Shown: positions 1 to 10,075 of the stretch, one piece after another | Position numbering within the stretch: position 1 is the stretch's first letter | Layout: the number at the start of each line of letters is the position of its first letter | Source: a virus | Lineage: Duplodnaviria > Caudoviricetes | Strand: one strand, 5' to 3' | IMG/VR virus record: IMGVR_UViG_2595698521_000001 | Location: 29,840 to 93,839 of that record | DNA: 64,000 nt | Program-made: the position numbers and the translations under genes | Notes under the pieces: model-generated | What the model was told of the DNA's origin: nothing | Database searches by the model: none | Seen by the model: the letters and a program-made list of their open reading frames with translations, nothing else

Positions 1-1659
1 AAGTAACGGGTCTTGTGAGAAGTGAGTAAGTATGCGCATTTCCAAGTTGGAAAAGTCATGTGCGGTCATATCAATTTCTTCTTTAGCGTCACCAGGTACT
101 ACGAATGCATCCCTAATTTCGTATCTCTTCCAAAAATCATATTCCGCTTTTTCTTCCTTGTATATCGCCCACGCACTTCTAAATGCTTCTTCATTATCAA
201 ACCATTCTCGTTGCGGTTCTTTTACATCCTCAATCGGACGTGGCAAGTTCTGCAAGTTAGGTTCTGAAGATGATAAACGTCCGGAAGTAGTTCCGGTTTG
301 GTTGAATGAACAATGAATACGTCCATCAGAATAAACCTGCTCTGCAAGTCCTTCCATGTAAGTAGAGCGAAGTTTTTCAAGACGTTTGTATCTTAATACT
401 AATCGTACAAATTCCTGACCTTCTTTCTTCTTCTTACTCTTCTTATAGTTACGCTTCAGTATCTCATCTAATTCATCACTACCCGTTTTAGGTTGTCCGG
501 TTTTTTCGGAAACAGCTCCCATAGGGAATTTATATGATGCTTCAATTAGATGTTTATTACCTGCGGGTTCATATCCAATGATTTTATTCTTGTTGTTCTT
601 TTCTTTCCACTTTAATTCCCCTTTACGTGGACCAGTTTTATAAACTCCCTGCTCCCCAGTTTTCGGGTCAATAATTGGCTCATATATCTTTTCATATATC
701 GGTTTTTGTTTTTCCCAACCGAATAATAACTCTGCAAGTTGTTGTCCACTCGTAATACTAAACTCTAATCCTACTAATTCGAATATCTTATATTCCAAGT
801 CGGCAAGGTCTTTCTCCGCCATTTTCGCCATTCGTTTTAGACGTTCAAAATCAACGGGAACACCTCTGCGCTCCATATTGAATAGAACTCGTAAGTAAGG
901 CATTTGACGTTTAAAGAAGTAAGGCATAATCTTCTCATCTTCTAAAGCGTCCATGATATCAACATAGATTTTCCAAGTCCAATAAGTATCATCCATTGCG
1001 TAAGGTGACATTATGTATTGGTCAACTAATGTTGCATCCCCTTTATACGTCTTCTTATAACCAAATTCTACTTTTACTGAATCCGGAATAGTTAGAAGTA
1101 AATCTTTGAAGTGTGTTTGATGATACCCATAATAACGTTCTGTAATCTCCTTCAATCCGATTAAGTTGTTTTCATCTATATTCCAAACAGCTATCATCGT
1201 ATCGAACAAGTCATTCGTTTTAACCTCGATATCAACATTGGCTAATGCGTGTAACTCGGCTTTTAAGTTATGTCCTACAATCCGAATATCTGTCCTAGCA
1301 AAGACTCTTCTCATTAAGCGTTTGAACAGCCACATTGGAATCTGTTCTCTGTTCGAGTTTACCCAACTTCCAACGGGTACGTAATAGTTGTTATCTTTTC
1401 CCCACGAAAATGATACTCCGACTAATTCCGATTCCCCTTTGTACTGCATGCGTAAACTACTGAACTCGGTATCAAATGCAAATTCTTCTACCTTCATTAG
1501 CTTTTTGTAGAGTCTGCGGAATTCTAGTTCATTAGTAACTGTTATTCCTTTATAGTGTTCCGACTTCACACGGGTTTTTCTTTTCTTATCCGTTACTCGG
1601 TCAACAAAGGCTAGTACGTTCTCCGCAATTCTTAACTTATCTTCTTTTGTTTGCGCCAA
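1..1659 (-). CDS. polA: Family A DNA polymerase (3'-5' exonuclease plus start of polymerase domain), truncated by the window edge
   Basis: Hand translation from TTG at 1659 (RBS GGAGG) gives ExoI-like FAFDTEF, then TGTTSGRLSSSEPNLQNLP and motif A HDFSNLEMRILTHFSQD. It is absent from the ORF track because there is no stop codon in the window. Confidence 0.93.
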   Translation of the reverse strand, partial: MAQTKEDKLRIAENVLAFVDRVTDKKRKTRVKSEHYKGITVTNELEFRRLYKKLMKVEEFAFDTEFSSLRMQYKGESELVGVSFSWGKDNNYYVPVGSWVNSNREQIPMWLFKRLMRRVFARTDIRIVGHNLKAELHALANVDIEVKTNDLFDTMIAVWNIDENNLIGLKEITERYYGYHQTHFKDLLLTIPDSVKVEFGYKKTYKGDATLVDQYIMSPYAMDDTYWTWKIYVDIMDALEDEKIMPYFFKRQMPYLRVLFNMERRGVPVDFERLKRMAKMAEKDLADLEYKIFELVGLEFSITSGQQLAELLFGWEKQKPIYEKIYEPIIDPKTGEQGVYKTGPRKGELKWKEKNNKNKIIGYEPAGNKHLIEASYKFPMGAVSEKTGQPKTGSDELDEILKRNYKKSKKKKEGQEFVRLVLRYKRLEKLRSTYMEGLAEQVYSDGRIHCSFNQTGTTSGRLSSSEPNLQNLPRPIEDVKEPQREWFDNEEAFRSAWAIYKEEKAEYDFWKRYEIRDAFVVPGDAKEEIDMTAHDFSNLEMRILTHFSQDPLL

Positions 1660-1777
1660 CTCGCTTCCTCCATTTCCTCTGATTTCCTCTACAAGTAAAA
1701 TCATACATCAGAATGACATATCCGTCAACGTTTTTTAACATGAAAAAATCCTGCACCGTAAAGTACAGGACTTCTTT

Positions 1778-2095
1778 TTAATTTACAGATTCAGCAAAGG
1801 TTTTTCCTTCAGTGAACTTAATTTTATTGTGTGCAGGTTTGGTAGATTTCTCACCATTCTGCGGGTTACGATGCACACGTGCAGGAATTTCACGTAATGC
1901 GAATGAACCGAATCCTACTAATGTAAGTTTTGCGCGAATATCTTTCTTCCCTTCGGGTTGCTCATCTGCATGAGATTCAAGCAAACCGATAATACCGATC
2001 AATACATCATCAATAATCTTTTCAGATTCCTTTTTAGTACGTCCGCTATCAGCAACGATTTGACGTGCTAAATCCTCTTTACTAAGTTGTTTCAT
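1778..2095 (-). CDS. hup: HU/IHF-family histone-like DNA-binding protein
   Basis: LTLVGFGSFALREIPARVHRNPQNGE...IKFTEGK is the HU signature. Confidence 0.9.
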   Translation of the reverse strand: MKQLSKEDLARQIVADSGRTKKESEKIIDDVLIGIIGLLESHADEQPEGKKDIRAKLTLVGFGSFALREIPARVHRNPQNGEKSTKPAHNKIKFTEGKTFAESVN

Positions 2096-2096
2096 A

Positions 2097-2348
2097 TTAT
2101 TCACCGTCACTTTCTAACTCAATGATGATTTTAGTAACTGCTCCCTGTGAAGCGTGACATAATGCCATTGCTTGCTCGATAGTACGATTAGAAAACTTCT
2201 TGTTATCTAATTTAACAGAGAACGTGTTACCTTCGTTCTTTACTACTTTGTTAACTTCTTTTTCTGCTACTTTATTTTCAACCGGATTTGCTTCGATTGT
2301 TTTTGGAGTAGCTTTCTTTACTGCTCGTGCCATAATGCATTCCTCCAA
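2097..2348 (-). CDS. Hypothetical protein
   Basis: In-operon ORF with an RBS and a Lys-rich N-terminus. Confidence 0.6.
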   Translation of the reverse strand: MEECIMARAVKKATPKTIEANPVENKVAEKEVNKVVKNEGNTFSVKLDNKKFSNRTIEQAMALCHASQGAVTKIIIELESDGE

Positions 2349-2387
2349 TTTAATAAACTATGTAAAGGGGATTTCTCCCCTTATGTA

Positions 2388-3275
2388 TTACTTACGTTTA
2401 AATACTGATTTCTTTTTCTTAGATGCTACTGTTTTCTTAGCAGGAGCTTTTGATGATTTAGATTTAGAACCGATTTTTCTACGTGGACGTTCTTCTTCCT
2501 CTTCGTCCTCATCTTCATCTTCGTCTTCCTCATCATCGTCATCGTCCTCTTCATCATCAAGGGACATTGTGCTACCTAAATCATCATCGTCTTCGTCATC
2601 ATCTTCTTCTCCGTCTTCATCATCACGACCTGTATCCTGTCCTTCTAATTCAACATCGTCAAAGATTTGTGATTCAACGATTTCATATAATGATTCCATT
2701 TCACCGTCAAAGTGATTACGCACTTCTTCCGGAAGTTGTGCAAGTAGCTGTTTGATTTCCTTTTCAGTAAGACGAATCTTTTTATCATTTTCTAATTCGT
2801 AGGAAGTAGTTGCTTGCTTCCCAGTCTTAGACATTAACCATAAGTACTTAGTCAATCCTTTACGTTGAGATTTACGAGCGTATTTCCCGATATCACTAGA
2901 ACCACGGACTAATAATTTAACACGGTCTTTAACTTTCTTTTTATTACCTGTCTTCTTATTGTCCTTGTATTCATCAACTTCGAATGTTCGTCTATCGACT
3001 ACTAACCAAGCTCCTTTATATGACGGGTTATCCCCTCTATCGCACTCCGGACAGTTATCTCCGGAACAAGTAATGTTATCCCATCCCTTACCACTCTTGA
3101 TAGAATGTTCGTGGAATAAAATTGGCTCTTCAGTAAGGAAGATTACAGGTACATCCTCGTCCCCGTCTTTTAAGAACATGCGGAAAATCTTACCTTGTCT
3201 TCTTGCACGTTCCTTTTCACGTTTTGTTTCTTCCTCTTTGTGTGCGCTGAAACCTCTTCGTTTAAATACTGACAT
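2388..3275 (-). CDS. gp32-like single-stranded DNA-binding protein
   Basis: H...C-x4-CPxC zinc motif, long Asp/Glu tract, and position in the replication cluster. Confidence 0.7.
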   Translation of the reverse strand: MSVFKRRGFSAHKEEETKREKERARRQGKIFRMFLKDGDEDVPVIFLTEEPILFHEHSIKSGKGWDNITCSGDNCPECDRGDNPSYKGAWLVVDRRTFEVDEYKDNKKTGNKKKVKDRVKLLVRGSSDIGKYARKSQRKGLTKYLWLMSKTGKQATTSYELENDKKIRLTEKEIKQLLAQLPEEVRNHFDGEMESLYEIVESQIFDDVELEGQDTGRDDEDGEEDDDEDDDDLGSTMSLDDEEDDDDDEEDEDEDEDEEEEERPRRKIGSKSKSSKAPAKKTVASKKKKSVFKRK

Positions 3276-3380
3276 ATTATTTTCCCCCTGCTGACTCTTA
3301 TTGAGTCGATTAATTTGATGTAGCTGATTGCTACGCTTTTTATTATATAATTACACTTTTACAAAGTCAACTTTTAATTT

Positions 3381-3719
3381 TTATATGGTAAAAGTGGGTT
3401 CAATACGCTCAACACTAATTTTAGACCATTGTTTGCTAATGTCTAATGTAGAAACTCCTAATGCCATTAAAGATGACTTCAGAGTGTTTAATGCTTCCGT
3501 CATAACTTCCACATCGTTTCCTTCAATTCGCTCATCGTACCAAGTCATCGGTACAGTAACGAAAAACGGAGTACGGGAAGTATTCTCCCCTATCGTTGTA
3601 AGTCCTGCTCCTACATTTACAAAGAACTGTCCTTTAACCGGAGTATTAGAAATCTCCATACTAACTTGGTCTAATCTTACTCTTCTTTTATTTGATTTCT
3701 TACCGTATTGTCTTCTCAT
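3381..3719 (-). CDS. Hypothetical protein
   Basis: Overlaps the primase stop codon (ATGA coupling). Confidence 0.65.
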   Translation of the reverse strand: MRRQYGKKSNKRRVRLDQVSMEISNTPVKGQFFVNVGAGLTTIGENTSRTPFFVTVPMTWYDERIEGNDVEVMTEALNTLKSSLMALGVSTLDISKQWSKISVERIEPTFTI

Positions 3720-4771
3720 AATCTGCGCAACTTCTTTCTCCCGTATCGGGTTTTATTTTTTAACATCTTATCCACTTGTTTCTTAGTCATACCTTCGGGG
3801 TCTTTCTGTCCTTCCGGATATTCCGTATCAAAACAAATGAAGTCATCTTTCAGAATCTCATACGCTACTTCTTTACCTACTCTTCCGGCTTTATCGTTAT
3901 CATGCATAAAGATGACACGCTTAACTCCTAATTGATGCAGGATTTCTGCTTGCGTAGAATACCCTGTTTTCTTATCCATACTCATTTTGGCAACTATGAT
4001 GGAAAGTACATTAGTGTATCCCAGTTGTTTTAACCATTGTCTATCTAATGTTCCCTCTACTATGATTGCGGTATTATCTTCCGAATAAAATTCATGACTT
4101 CCGTAAAGAACTTCACCGATTGGGAAATTGTCGTATATGTAGTACTTAGGTTGATTCCCGTATACTTCTTTATACTTCCTATTAACTTTCCCGCTTTTCG
4201 TTTTCTCATTCAATACAGCACGTCCGATAATACCTGCTAATGCTCCGTCCGGATGGAATACTGGAATTGTGATTCTCTTCCGGATTCTGTCCCACCCCAT
4301 CATAGCTTCTTTTACAATTTGCTTTGTGTATCCCCGCTTAAATATGTAGGGATGAGTTTCTTTCCCGCTTCTGAATGGAGCTAATTTCGTGCGTGGAAGT
4401 TCAAAACGTTTTCCTTCTTCCTGCTTCGCTTCTTCGATATCTTCATACCGTCTTAGCTTTTCTTCGCTATCAAAAGTACTTCTAAAGTCCACATTGAACT
4501 TTTCCTCAATTTCGCTCATAGCGTCATGGAATTCTAATCCTTTTACGTATCCGTATAATTTAGGAAGACTAAAGCGTTCTTCGCATGCATAACACTGACC
4601 GTAAATTCCTCCCTCTCCGTCCATAACAATTCCGGCTGAAGGAGAATTCTCACCGTGGAAGGGACAACAAAACATGTAGTTTATCCCTTTTCGTCCACTG
4701 TGTCTTTTTACTTTATCTAAAGCTAAGTCATGTTTTAGAATCTCTTCCAATTCATGTTCTGCCAACTTCAT
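3716..4771 (-). CDS. dnaG: DNA primase (CHC2 zinc finger plus Toprim)
   Basis: CCPFHGENSPS, CYAC, IIVEGTLD, HDNDKAG and KDP motifs. Confidence 0.93.
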   Translation of the reverse strand: MKLAEHELEEILKHDLALDKVKRHSGRKGINYMFCCPFHGENSPSAGIVMDGEGGIYGQCYACEERFSLPKLYGYVKGLEFHDAMSEIEEKFNVDFRSTFDSEEKLRRYEDIEEAKQEEGKRFELPRTKLAPFRSGKETHPYIFKRGYTKQIVKEAMMGWDRIRKRITIPVFHPDGALAGIIGRAVLNEKTKSGKVNRKYKEVYGNQPKYYIYDNFPIGEVLYGSHEFYSEDNTAIIVEGTLDRQWLKQLGYTNVLSIIVAKMSMDKKTGYSTQAEILHQLGVKRVIFMHDNDKAGRVGKEVAYEILKDDFICFDTEYPEGQKDPEGMTKKQVDKMLKNKTRYGRKKLRRL

Positions 4772-4782
4772 AAAAGATCACC

Positions 4783-5274
4783 TTACTCTGCTTCGAAATA
4801 TTTTGTAGTTATCGCAATTGATAACTTCATAGGATTCTTTAAATCATCCCGTAACCATGATTGCATCTTCTCATCTCTAAGTAATGTTTTAATCGCTTCT
4901 AGCGGGTGGTCATCGTAAACATCTCCAATGCGCATTATAATTCCCGCAGGAAGTCTTACCTTATGTCCTAATCCGTGTCCTTCTACTAATACAAACTTTC
5001 CATCAACGAATTTAGGCTCTACATCTATTACATGTCCATCTTCATAAATACGTTGAATGTGTAGAACTTTGATGTCCTTTGTCATTTGAACTACCGCATG
5101 AAGTACACTTTGTTCGCTGAAGATTTCCGTGAAGAATGTTGCTTTCCCGCTTCCATCATCAAATGTATGCTCCTTACAAATTACATGCGTAAACTTTTGC
5201 TCTCCAATCTTTGCCACAATAATCGCTCCTTTTTCACTTTTAACAAGTGTTTTATATGGTAAAAGTAGAATCAT
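4783..5274 (-). CDS. Hypothetical protein
   Basis: ORF downstream of a TTGACA..TACAAT promoter; the start codon is uncertain. Confidence 0.55.
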   Translation of the reverse strand: MILLLPYKTLVKSEKGAIIVAKIGEQKFTHVICKEHTFDDGSGKATFFTEIFSEQSVLHAVVQMTKDIKVLHIQRIYEDGHVIDVEPKFVDGKFVLVEGHGLGHKVRLPAGIIMRIGDVYDDHPLEAIKTLLRDEKMQSWLRDDLKNPMKLSIAITTKYFEAE

Positions 5275-5319
5275 AGGGTTATTGTAACTCTACAATTCTA
5301 CTTTTGTCAATTTGCTGTA

Positions 5320-6591
5320 TTATGCTATTTCTTGTACCCCACTTGGTAGTTCTGTTTCTTCATCATCGTCATCATCCGGCTTATTATCTCCACCTTCAGA
5401 ATAGATAGTATCGTACTTCATTTTGTCGAAGTCCCAGTTCATATAAATAGCATGAGAAATATCACCCTCACGGACTTTTAGGAACTTCAGTTTAATCTCT
5501 TTGTCCGCTTTCATTTCTTGGTCTTGTTCTAATGCCATAATAACGTCACAGTCTGCCGCAATTGCTTTAGCGAATGCGATAGCTCCTAATGACGCTTTCT
5601 CTTCTTTAATTTGCGTAGATACGTAGATTGGAAGCTTCTTGACTAATGCTAAACTATGTAATGCTCGCCATACACGAACATGTGACTTCCAATCGTCCTC
5701 ATCACTCGCATCATCAGATAGTAAGTAAGCACCATCGACAAATACGATATCCGGTTTATGTTGGTCAATCTTAGCTGATACTTGCGTAACTCCTGCTGTA
5801 GCTTGTTCCACGATTAAATTCGTATCCGTGTCACCTTCCATTTTAGCTAAGTACGCTTTATAACGTTTCTCTTCTTCCTTCGTAAGTCGTCCATCTCGGA
5901 AACGTGTATACGACAATTTACACCAAATAGCATCAATACGTCTAATAATCATCTTCGTACTCATCTCGGTAGTGAAGAATAGAACTTTGTATCCTTGCTT
6001 CGCCATGTAAACTGCTTGTATTAACTCAAACCACGTTTTCCCCGTTCCGGTATATCCTAACAGGGTAATTAGTTCCCCGCCATTATATCCCTTCAGTGTG
6101 TAGTCGAGTCTATCAATTCCCGATGGAATCCCAGTCATACCACCCATGTTCTTTCGGGTTTCATAATCATTCCAACGTTGTTCGGTGTTCTTTGTAACTT
6201 CCTGTCTATCCGTTAAAATGATGTCCTGCTCAATCTTAGAAATTACCTGCTGTATGATTTTGTAGGCTTCATCCGTTTCTAAGTTGTCGATAAGTTCCGT
6301 TGCTTCGTCCATTCCATCTACTAATGTATTATGTTTCCGTTTATTCCGGATTTCATCGCAGTAGTAGCGCAAACCTTCGGGAGCATCAGAAAGTTTTAAG
6401 TGTGGATGTTTCTTCTTAAATACTTCTAATGACGGAACTTTACCATACTTAGTTTGATGGTTTGTTATAAAACGAAATGCTTTTCGATTACGTCCCGTAA
6501 AGAAACGAGGTGTAATCTGCATATCGTTAACCACAATAAGATCACCGGTTTCAATAATCTTAGAAATCAATTGAGTTTCAATATTGCTCAT
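5320..6591 (-). CDS. dnaB: Replicative DnaB-like helicase
   Basis: TGIPSGIDRLD, Walker A GYTGTGKT, FFTTEMS and IVFVDG. Confidence 0.92.
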   Translation of the reverse strand: MSNIETQLISKIIETGDLIVVNDMQITPRFFTGRNRKAFRFITNHQTKYGKVPSLEVFKKKHPHLKLSDAPEGLRYYCDEIRNKRKHNTLVDGMDEATELIDNLETDEAYKIIQQVISKIEQDIILTDRQEVTKNTEQRWNDYETRKNMGGMTGIPSGIDRLDYTLKGYNGGELITLLGYTGTGKTWFELIQAVYMAKQGYKVLFFTTEMSTKMIIRRIDAIWCKLSYTRFRDGRLTKEEEKRYKAYLAKMEGDTDTNLIVEQATAGVTQVSAKIDQHKPDIVFVDGAYLLSDDASDEDDWKSHVRVWRALHSLALVKKLPIYVSTQIKEEKASLGAIAFAKAIAADCDVIMALEQDQEMKADKEIKLKFLKVREGDISHAIYMNWDFDKMKYDTIYSEGGDNKPDDDDDEETELPSGVQEIA

Positions 6592-7022
6592 TTAAGTACC
6601 CTCCAAATATCATCTATGTGCATGAAATGTTTAGATGATGCAATGCTAATTAGTGTATCGTCTGCTGTAAAGAAATAATGATATGGAAAGTCACCGATAT
6701 AATCCGTACTTCGCACAACTACTATTCTTGTATACGGGATAAACTCTGCATTCAAGAAATTCTCCAATGATTCAATATCCGTATACTGTCTAGTTACTAA
6801 TACAATACTTACATCTTGCTTCCAAACCGCATTTAACGTTTTAATGAATTCCGATTTTATCTTGCGTTTGAATAGTAATTGTTCTTCATTTAAAAAGAAC
6901 TTCATTAAGTTTCCCCGAAAAGTAGACTCTTCAGCTTCAAACATTAAAGAGTCGATATCGAAACCGATGTATGGAGCGCATCGGTTCGAAATATTTCCTC
7001 CCATCATACAATCACTCCCCAA
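6588..7022 (-). CDS. Hypothetical protein, possible HAD-like fold
   Basis: IGFDID near the N-terminus and IVLVTR; coupled to dnaB. Confidence 0.45.
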   Translation of the reverse strand: MGSDCMMGGNISNRCAPYIGFDIDSLMFEAEESTFRGNLMKFFLNEEQLLFKRKIKSEFIKTLNAVWKQDVSIVLVTRQYTDIESLENFLNAEFIPYTRIVVVRSTDYIGDFPYHYFFTADDTLISIASSKHFMHIDDIWRVLK

Positions 7023-7647
7023 ATAGTAATTTAATGCTCTTCTTCTGCCTTGTTACAGAAGTTCTATTATCTTCTTCCGTGTATTTAAGTTTAACAAAGT
7101 TTCCTTTAATAAGAGAAGATATAGATTTACCATATTGCTCATAAAGTCCATCCTTTGTATCAAGTGGAAGGTTTGTACATATGATTGTTGACGTGCCTTT
7201 TGTATCTCTGTATCGCAGTAACTCTTCTAATAAAGTTACATTGAATAGTTTCTCGGAAAATGTTTCTTTACCTACTTCATCTATTACTAAGAATTCCGCA
7301 TCATATATTTTCTGTATCTTCTCCCGTGCATCTTCGTCACGATTGGACTTAAACTTTAAATCTATTAAGCTTTGCAACGTGATTAAGAATGAGGAATAAC
7401 GATAGCGATAAGCTTCTTTCACGATAATAGCAGAAAGGTATGTTTTCCCGCTCCCGTTTGAGCCATACATAATTAAACTTTGTCCATCGGCTAACATTTC
7501 CGGAAAGTTATTAATGAAGTTTTTAACCAACTTCTTCTTACTTGCATCAATAGGATACTGTTCTAATGTAGCATCGAAATAATCACGTGGAACACCTCGA
7601 TATGCTAAATTCTCTTTTGATAACTTGCTACGTTTTGGACGACTCAT
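7012..7647 (-). CDS. DnaC/IstB-like AAA+ helicase loader
   Basis: GSNGSGKT, FLVIDEVGKE and TIICTN. Confidence 0.88.
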   Translation of the reverse strand: MSRPKRSKLSKENLAYRGVPRDYFDATLEQYPIDASKKKLVKNFINNFPEMLADGQSLIMYGSNGSGKTYLSAIIVKEAYRYRYSSFLITLQSLIDLKFKSNRDEDAREKIQKIYDAEFLVIDEVGKETFSEKLFNVTLLEELLRYRDTKGTSTIICTNLPLDTKDGLYEQYGKSISSLIKGNFVKLKYTEEDNRTSVTRQKKSIKLLFGE

Positions 7648-8246
7648 AGGAAAATGTCCCCTCCTGTACTTTCTACTTTCTTCGTTTTAATCTTTTTGCG
7701 CTTAATCGTTTTCTTCGGTTTTGCTCCCAGTTCGAGCGCATCATCATTTTTCGGCTTTTCGCTTGCTTCTGCTATCCACTCACGATTGCGTTTAGGAGCA
7801 TTCTTTGTTTTGTACTCTCCCGCTTTCCATAGTTGCGTATTTTGGTAGATTGATTGCAACCATCCTTTGGATATAATCCATACTCCGACTGTTCGTGTAT
7901 CTGTAATATCTTGACCACTATCAAACACGAAATCTATCATATCCTTCAAGTTGCTCCATCCCATGTTATCTAAGACGGATTTAATAATTGCATAATCACG
8001 AGCGTAATTAGTTTGGATATAACGAGAACCCTGTTCCTCGAACTTCATTACAAAGTACTGATACCAGTCCTTGTGGTCGAACTCATGAAATTCTCCCTCA
8101 TCAAGTCGAGCTTGGAACTTCTCCTTATTCTTTTGGTTTGCTGTTTTCTTTTCCGCTTTCTTTTTAGGTTGCATACGTTGAGCGGAAAAATCCACAATAT
8201 CTTTCTTGTCGAATAGGTTTACAACTTTTGAACGGTCTGGACGCAT
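7644..8246 (-). CDS. Hypothetical protein, possible replication initiator partner
   Basis: Translationally coupled upstream of the DnaC-like gene; the function is inferred from position only. Confidence 0.5.
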   Translation of the reverse strand: MRPDRSKVVNLFDKKDIVDFSAQRMQPKKKAEKKTANQKNKEKFQARLDEGEFHEFDHKDWYQYFVMKFEEQGSRYIQTNYARDYAIIKSVLDNMGWSNLKDMIDFVFDSGQDITDTRTVGVWIISKGWLQSIYQNTQLWKAGEYKTKNAPKRNREWIAEASEKPKNDDALELGAKPKKTIKRKKIKTKKVESTGGDIFL

Positions 8247-8266
8247 TGCTTTACACCTCGTATATG

Positions 8267-8455
8267 TTATTTATTTTTAAGATTAATTAATGTTGGTTTT
8301 CGGATTTCTCCTATGTTTGTTTCTCCTTGATACACCATTGTTTGCTTCTCCCCGCAGACTGCACAATGCATAAGTTTTCGTAAATAGTACTTATCGACAA
8401 TTGTTGTATGTCCGCATCCTTTTTCACATTTGTATACATGAAAAATTTGCTCCAA
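8267..8455 (-). CDS. Small zinc-ribbon protein
   Basis: CxxxC...CxxC, downstream of a sigma-A promoter (TTTACA-N17-TATACT). Confidence 0.55.
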   Translation of the reverse strand: MEQIFHVYKCEKGCGHTTIVDKYYLRKLMHCAVCGEKQTMVYQGETNIGEIRKPTLINLKNK

Positions 8456-8598
8456 TTTAATCCCTCATTTCATTAGATTTTTGGTGCAATGATTCTTGCA
8501 AAAAGAAGTATAACACTAAAAATGAAAATCTGTAAAGTCGCTAAAATAACAGGTTTTCGCACCATATAAAAAGGAGCGGAAATCCGCTCTCTTCTTAG

Positions 8599-9333
8599 TT
8601 ATTTGTATACTTTGTATGTGATTGAATATCTAAAATCGAATCCGTTGCCGGATAAGAATGGCTTGATTTGCACAATGTCTTCTGCGTTCTTATCTGCTAA
8701 GAATTCATTTGCTTCATGTTCCGTGTCACAGTCCTTTACTCGTAACGTGGGTTTAGCTATTTTGCCTATAATTGTTCCTTCCTGCTTCTTCTGCTCCACA
8801 TCAATTGGAGAACCTTCCGCAACGAAAAGATGGTGAGTCATAGCAAAATCAAATAACTGTCTATGCATTTTAATAATAGCTTCTCCATAGTCCTTTTGAG
8901 ATGACCACTTTCCTCCTAAGTCCTCCCAGTACATTGCACTTCCTCGCTCTACGTAGTTAAAACGTGGGTCAAGGATTGGACGTGAAATTATCCCCTTTTC
9001 ATTACCGTATGCATATAAGTGCTGAAGTTGTGCTTCTACTCCTTCCCATATAGTATTAAAGCTATTACCTGTCATTCCAAGCTCTAATACCCCCATTCCA
9101 CAATAATTATGTTGCTCCGGCTTTACTGCTGTCCCATCCGCAAACTTAAACCATCCTGTTTCAATGATAGATTGGCAGAATGCTATATCCCCTCGAATAC
9201 TATAAAGCTTACCCAATTCAATAAAGGCTACTGCAATCTCTACATCAAAATCCGGATTATTACGTTTTACAAAGTCCGCTAAAATTTGTGGCTCTTTAAT
9301 CATTGCATTTCCCATTATCATTACTGTTTCCAT
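8599..9333 (-). CDS. Glucosaminidase (GH73-like) domain protein
   Basis: AFCQSIIETGW, HNYCGMG, GVEAQLQHLYAY and LGGKWS..DYG. Confidence 0.8.
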   Translation of the reverse strand: METVMIMGNAMIKEPQILADFVKRNNPDFDVEIAVAFIELGKLYSIRGDIAFCQSIIETGWFKFADGTAVKPEQHNYCGMGVLELGMTGNSFNTIWEGVEAQLQHLYAYGNEKGIISRPILDPRFNYVERGSAMYWEDLGGKWSSQKDYGEAIIKMHRQLFDFAMTHHLFVAEGSPIDVEQKKQEGTIIGKIAKPTLRVKDCDTEHEANEFLADKNAEDIVQIKPFLSGNGFDFRYSITYKVYK

Positions 9334-9346
9334 ATTAATTCCTCCC

Positions 9347-9631
9347 TTATTCGTATCCTACAATTGTAGTTTGTGTTACTGGCTTTATTTCTCTTTCAGT
9401 ATACCCATATCCGCTACATATGTCACAAGGCTTATAGTCTCTTCCTTCTTGGTATACCCATCCACTGTCCGGAAGTCCTGTAGGGTACTTATTATATGTA
9501 GTATAAGTTTCCCCTTCCCCTTTACATTTAGGACATTCATATTGACGTAGACCTTGTACATATGCGACTAAATCCTCTAAAGTAATATTTCCGTAAGTTG
9601 CAAGTAGTCGTTTGGCTTCTTTAATTTTCAT
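9347..9631 (-). CDS. DnaJ-type zinc-finger small protein
   Basis: CPKCKGEG...CDICSGYG. Confidence 0.7.
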   Translation of the reverse strand: MKIKEAKRLLATYGNITLEDLVAYVQGLRQYECPKCKGEGETYTTYNKYPTGLPDSGWVYQEGRDYKPCDICSGYGYTEREIKPVTQTTIVGYE

Positions 9632-9678
9632 AATGTCACCCCATTATAATAAGCAGAGGATTAATCCCCTGCTCATTT

Positions 9679-10062
9679 CTATTCTTCTACCATTTCAAAG
9701 ACTGCTTCTGATTGAGCTTCAATTTCTGCATTGACTAACTTATGCATCTTCTCATACTCATCTTGGATTACCTTCTCATCATCCGGAACATTTCGCATAA
9801 TGTAAACGTCCAAACGTGCTGATTGGTAGTTATCCATATTAAGAGTAACACCCAATCCGGAAGCTATCGTTGCAAATCCCGCAGGTGGAACTTTTCCCGT
9901 ACTATTCGGAATGATTCCATCCATTAAAGGAGGTTTTGCACCTGGTATTTCAACTTGGTTAACTGTTTTTCCTGCTTCTTTAATATCTACTTTTTTAGTA
10001 ACTCTTTTCCCTTCAAGGGCTTTCTTTGCAGAGTTAGCTTTTTTCACTTTACGTACTGCCAT
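9679..10062 (-). CDS. Hypothetical protein
   Basis: Strong RBS (AAGGAG) and in-operon position. Confidence 0.65.
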   Translation of the reverse strand: MAVRKVKKANSAKKALEGKRVTKKVDIKEAGKTVNQVEIPGAKPPLMDGIIPNSTGKVPPAGFATIASGLGVTLNMDNYQSARLDVYIMRNVPDDEKVIQDEYEKMHKLVNAEIEAQSEAVFEMVEE

Positions 10063-10075
10063 AACAGTTCACTCC

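Noticed and set aside
2200-2755. Plus-strand poly-Ser/His ORFs (also 50255-51292 and 57526-58080) and most other plus-strand ORFs
   Set aside because: They are antisense shadows of acidic minus-strand genes and lack RBSs.
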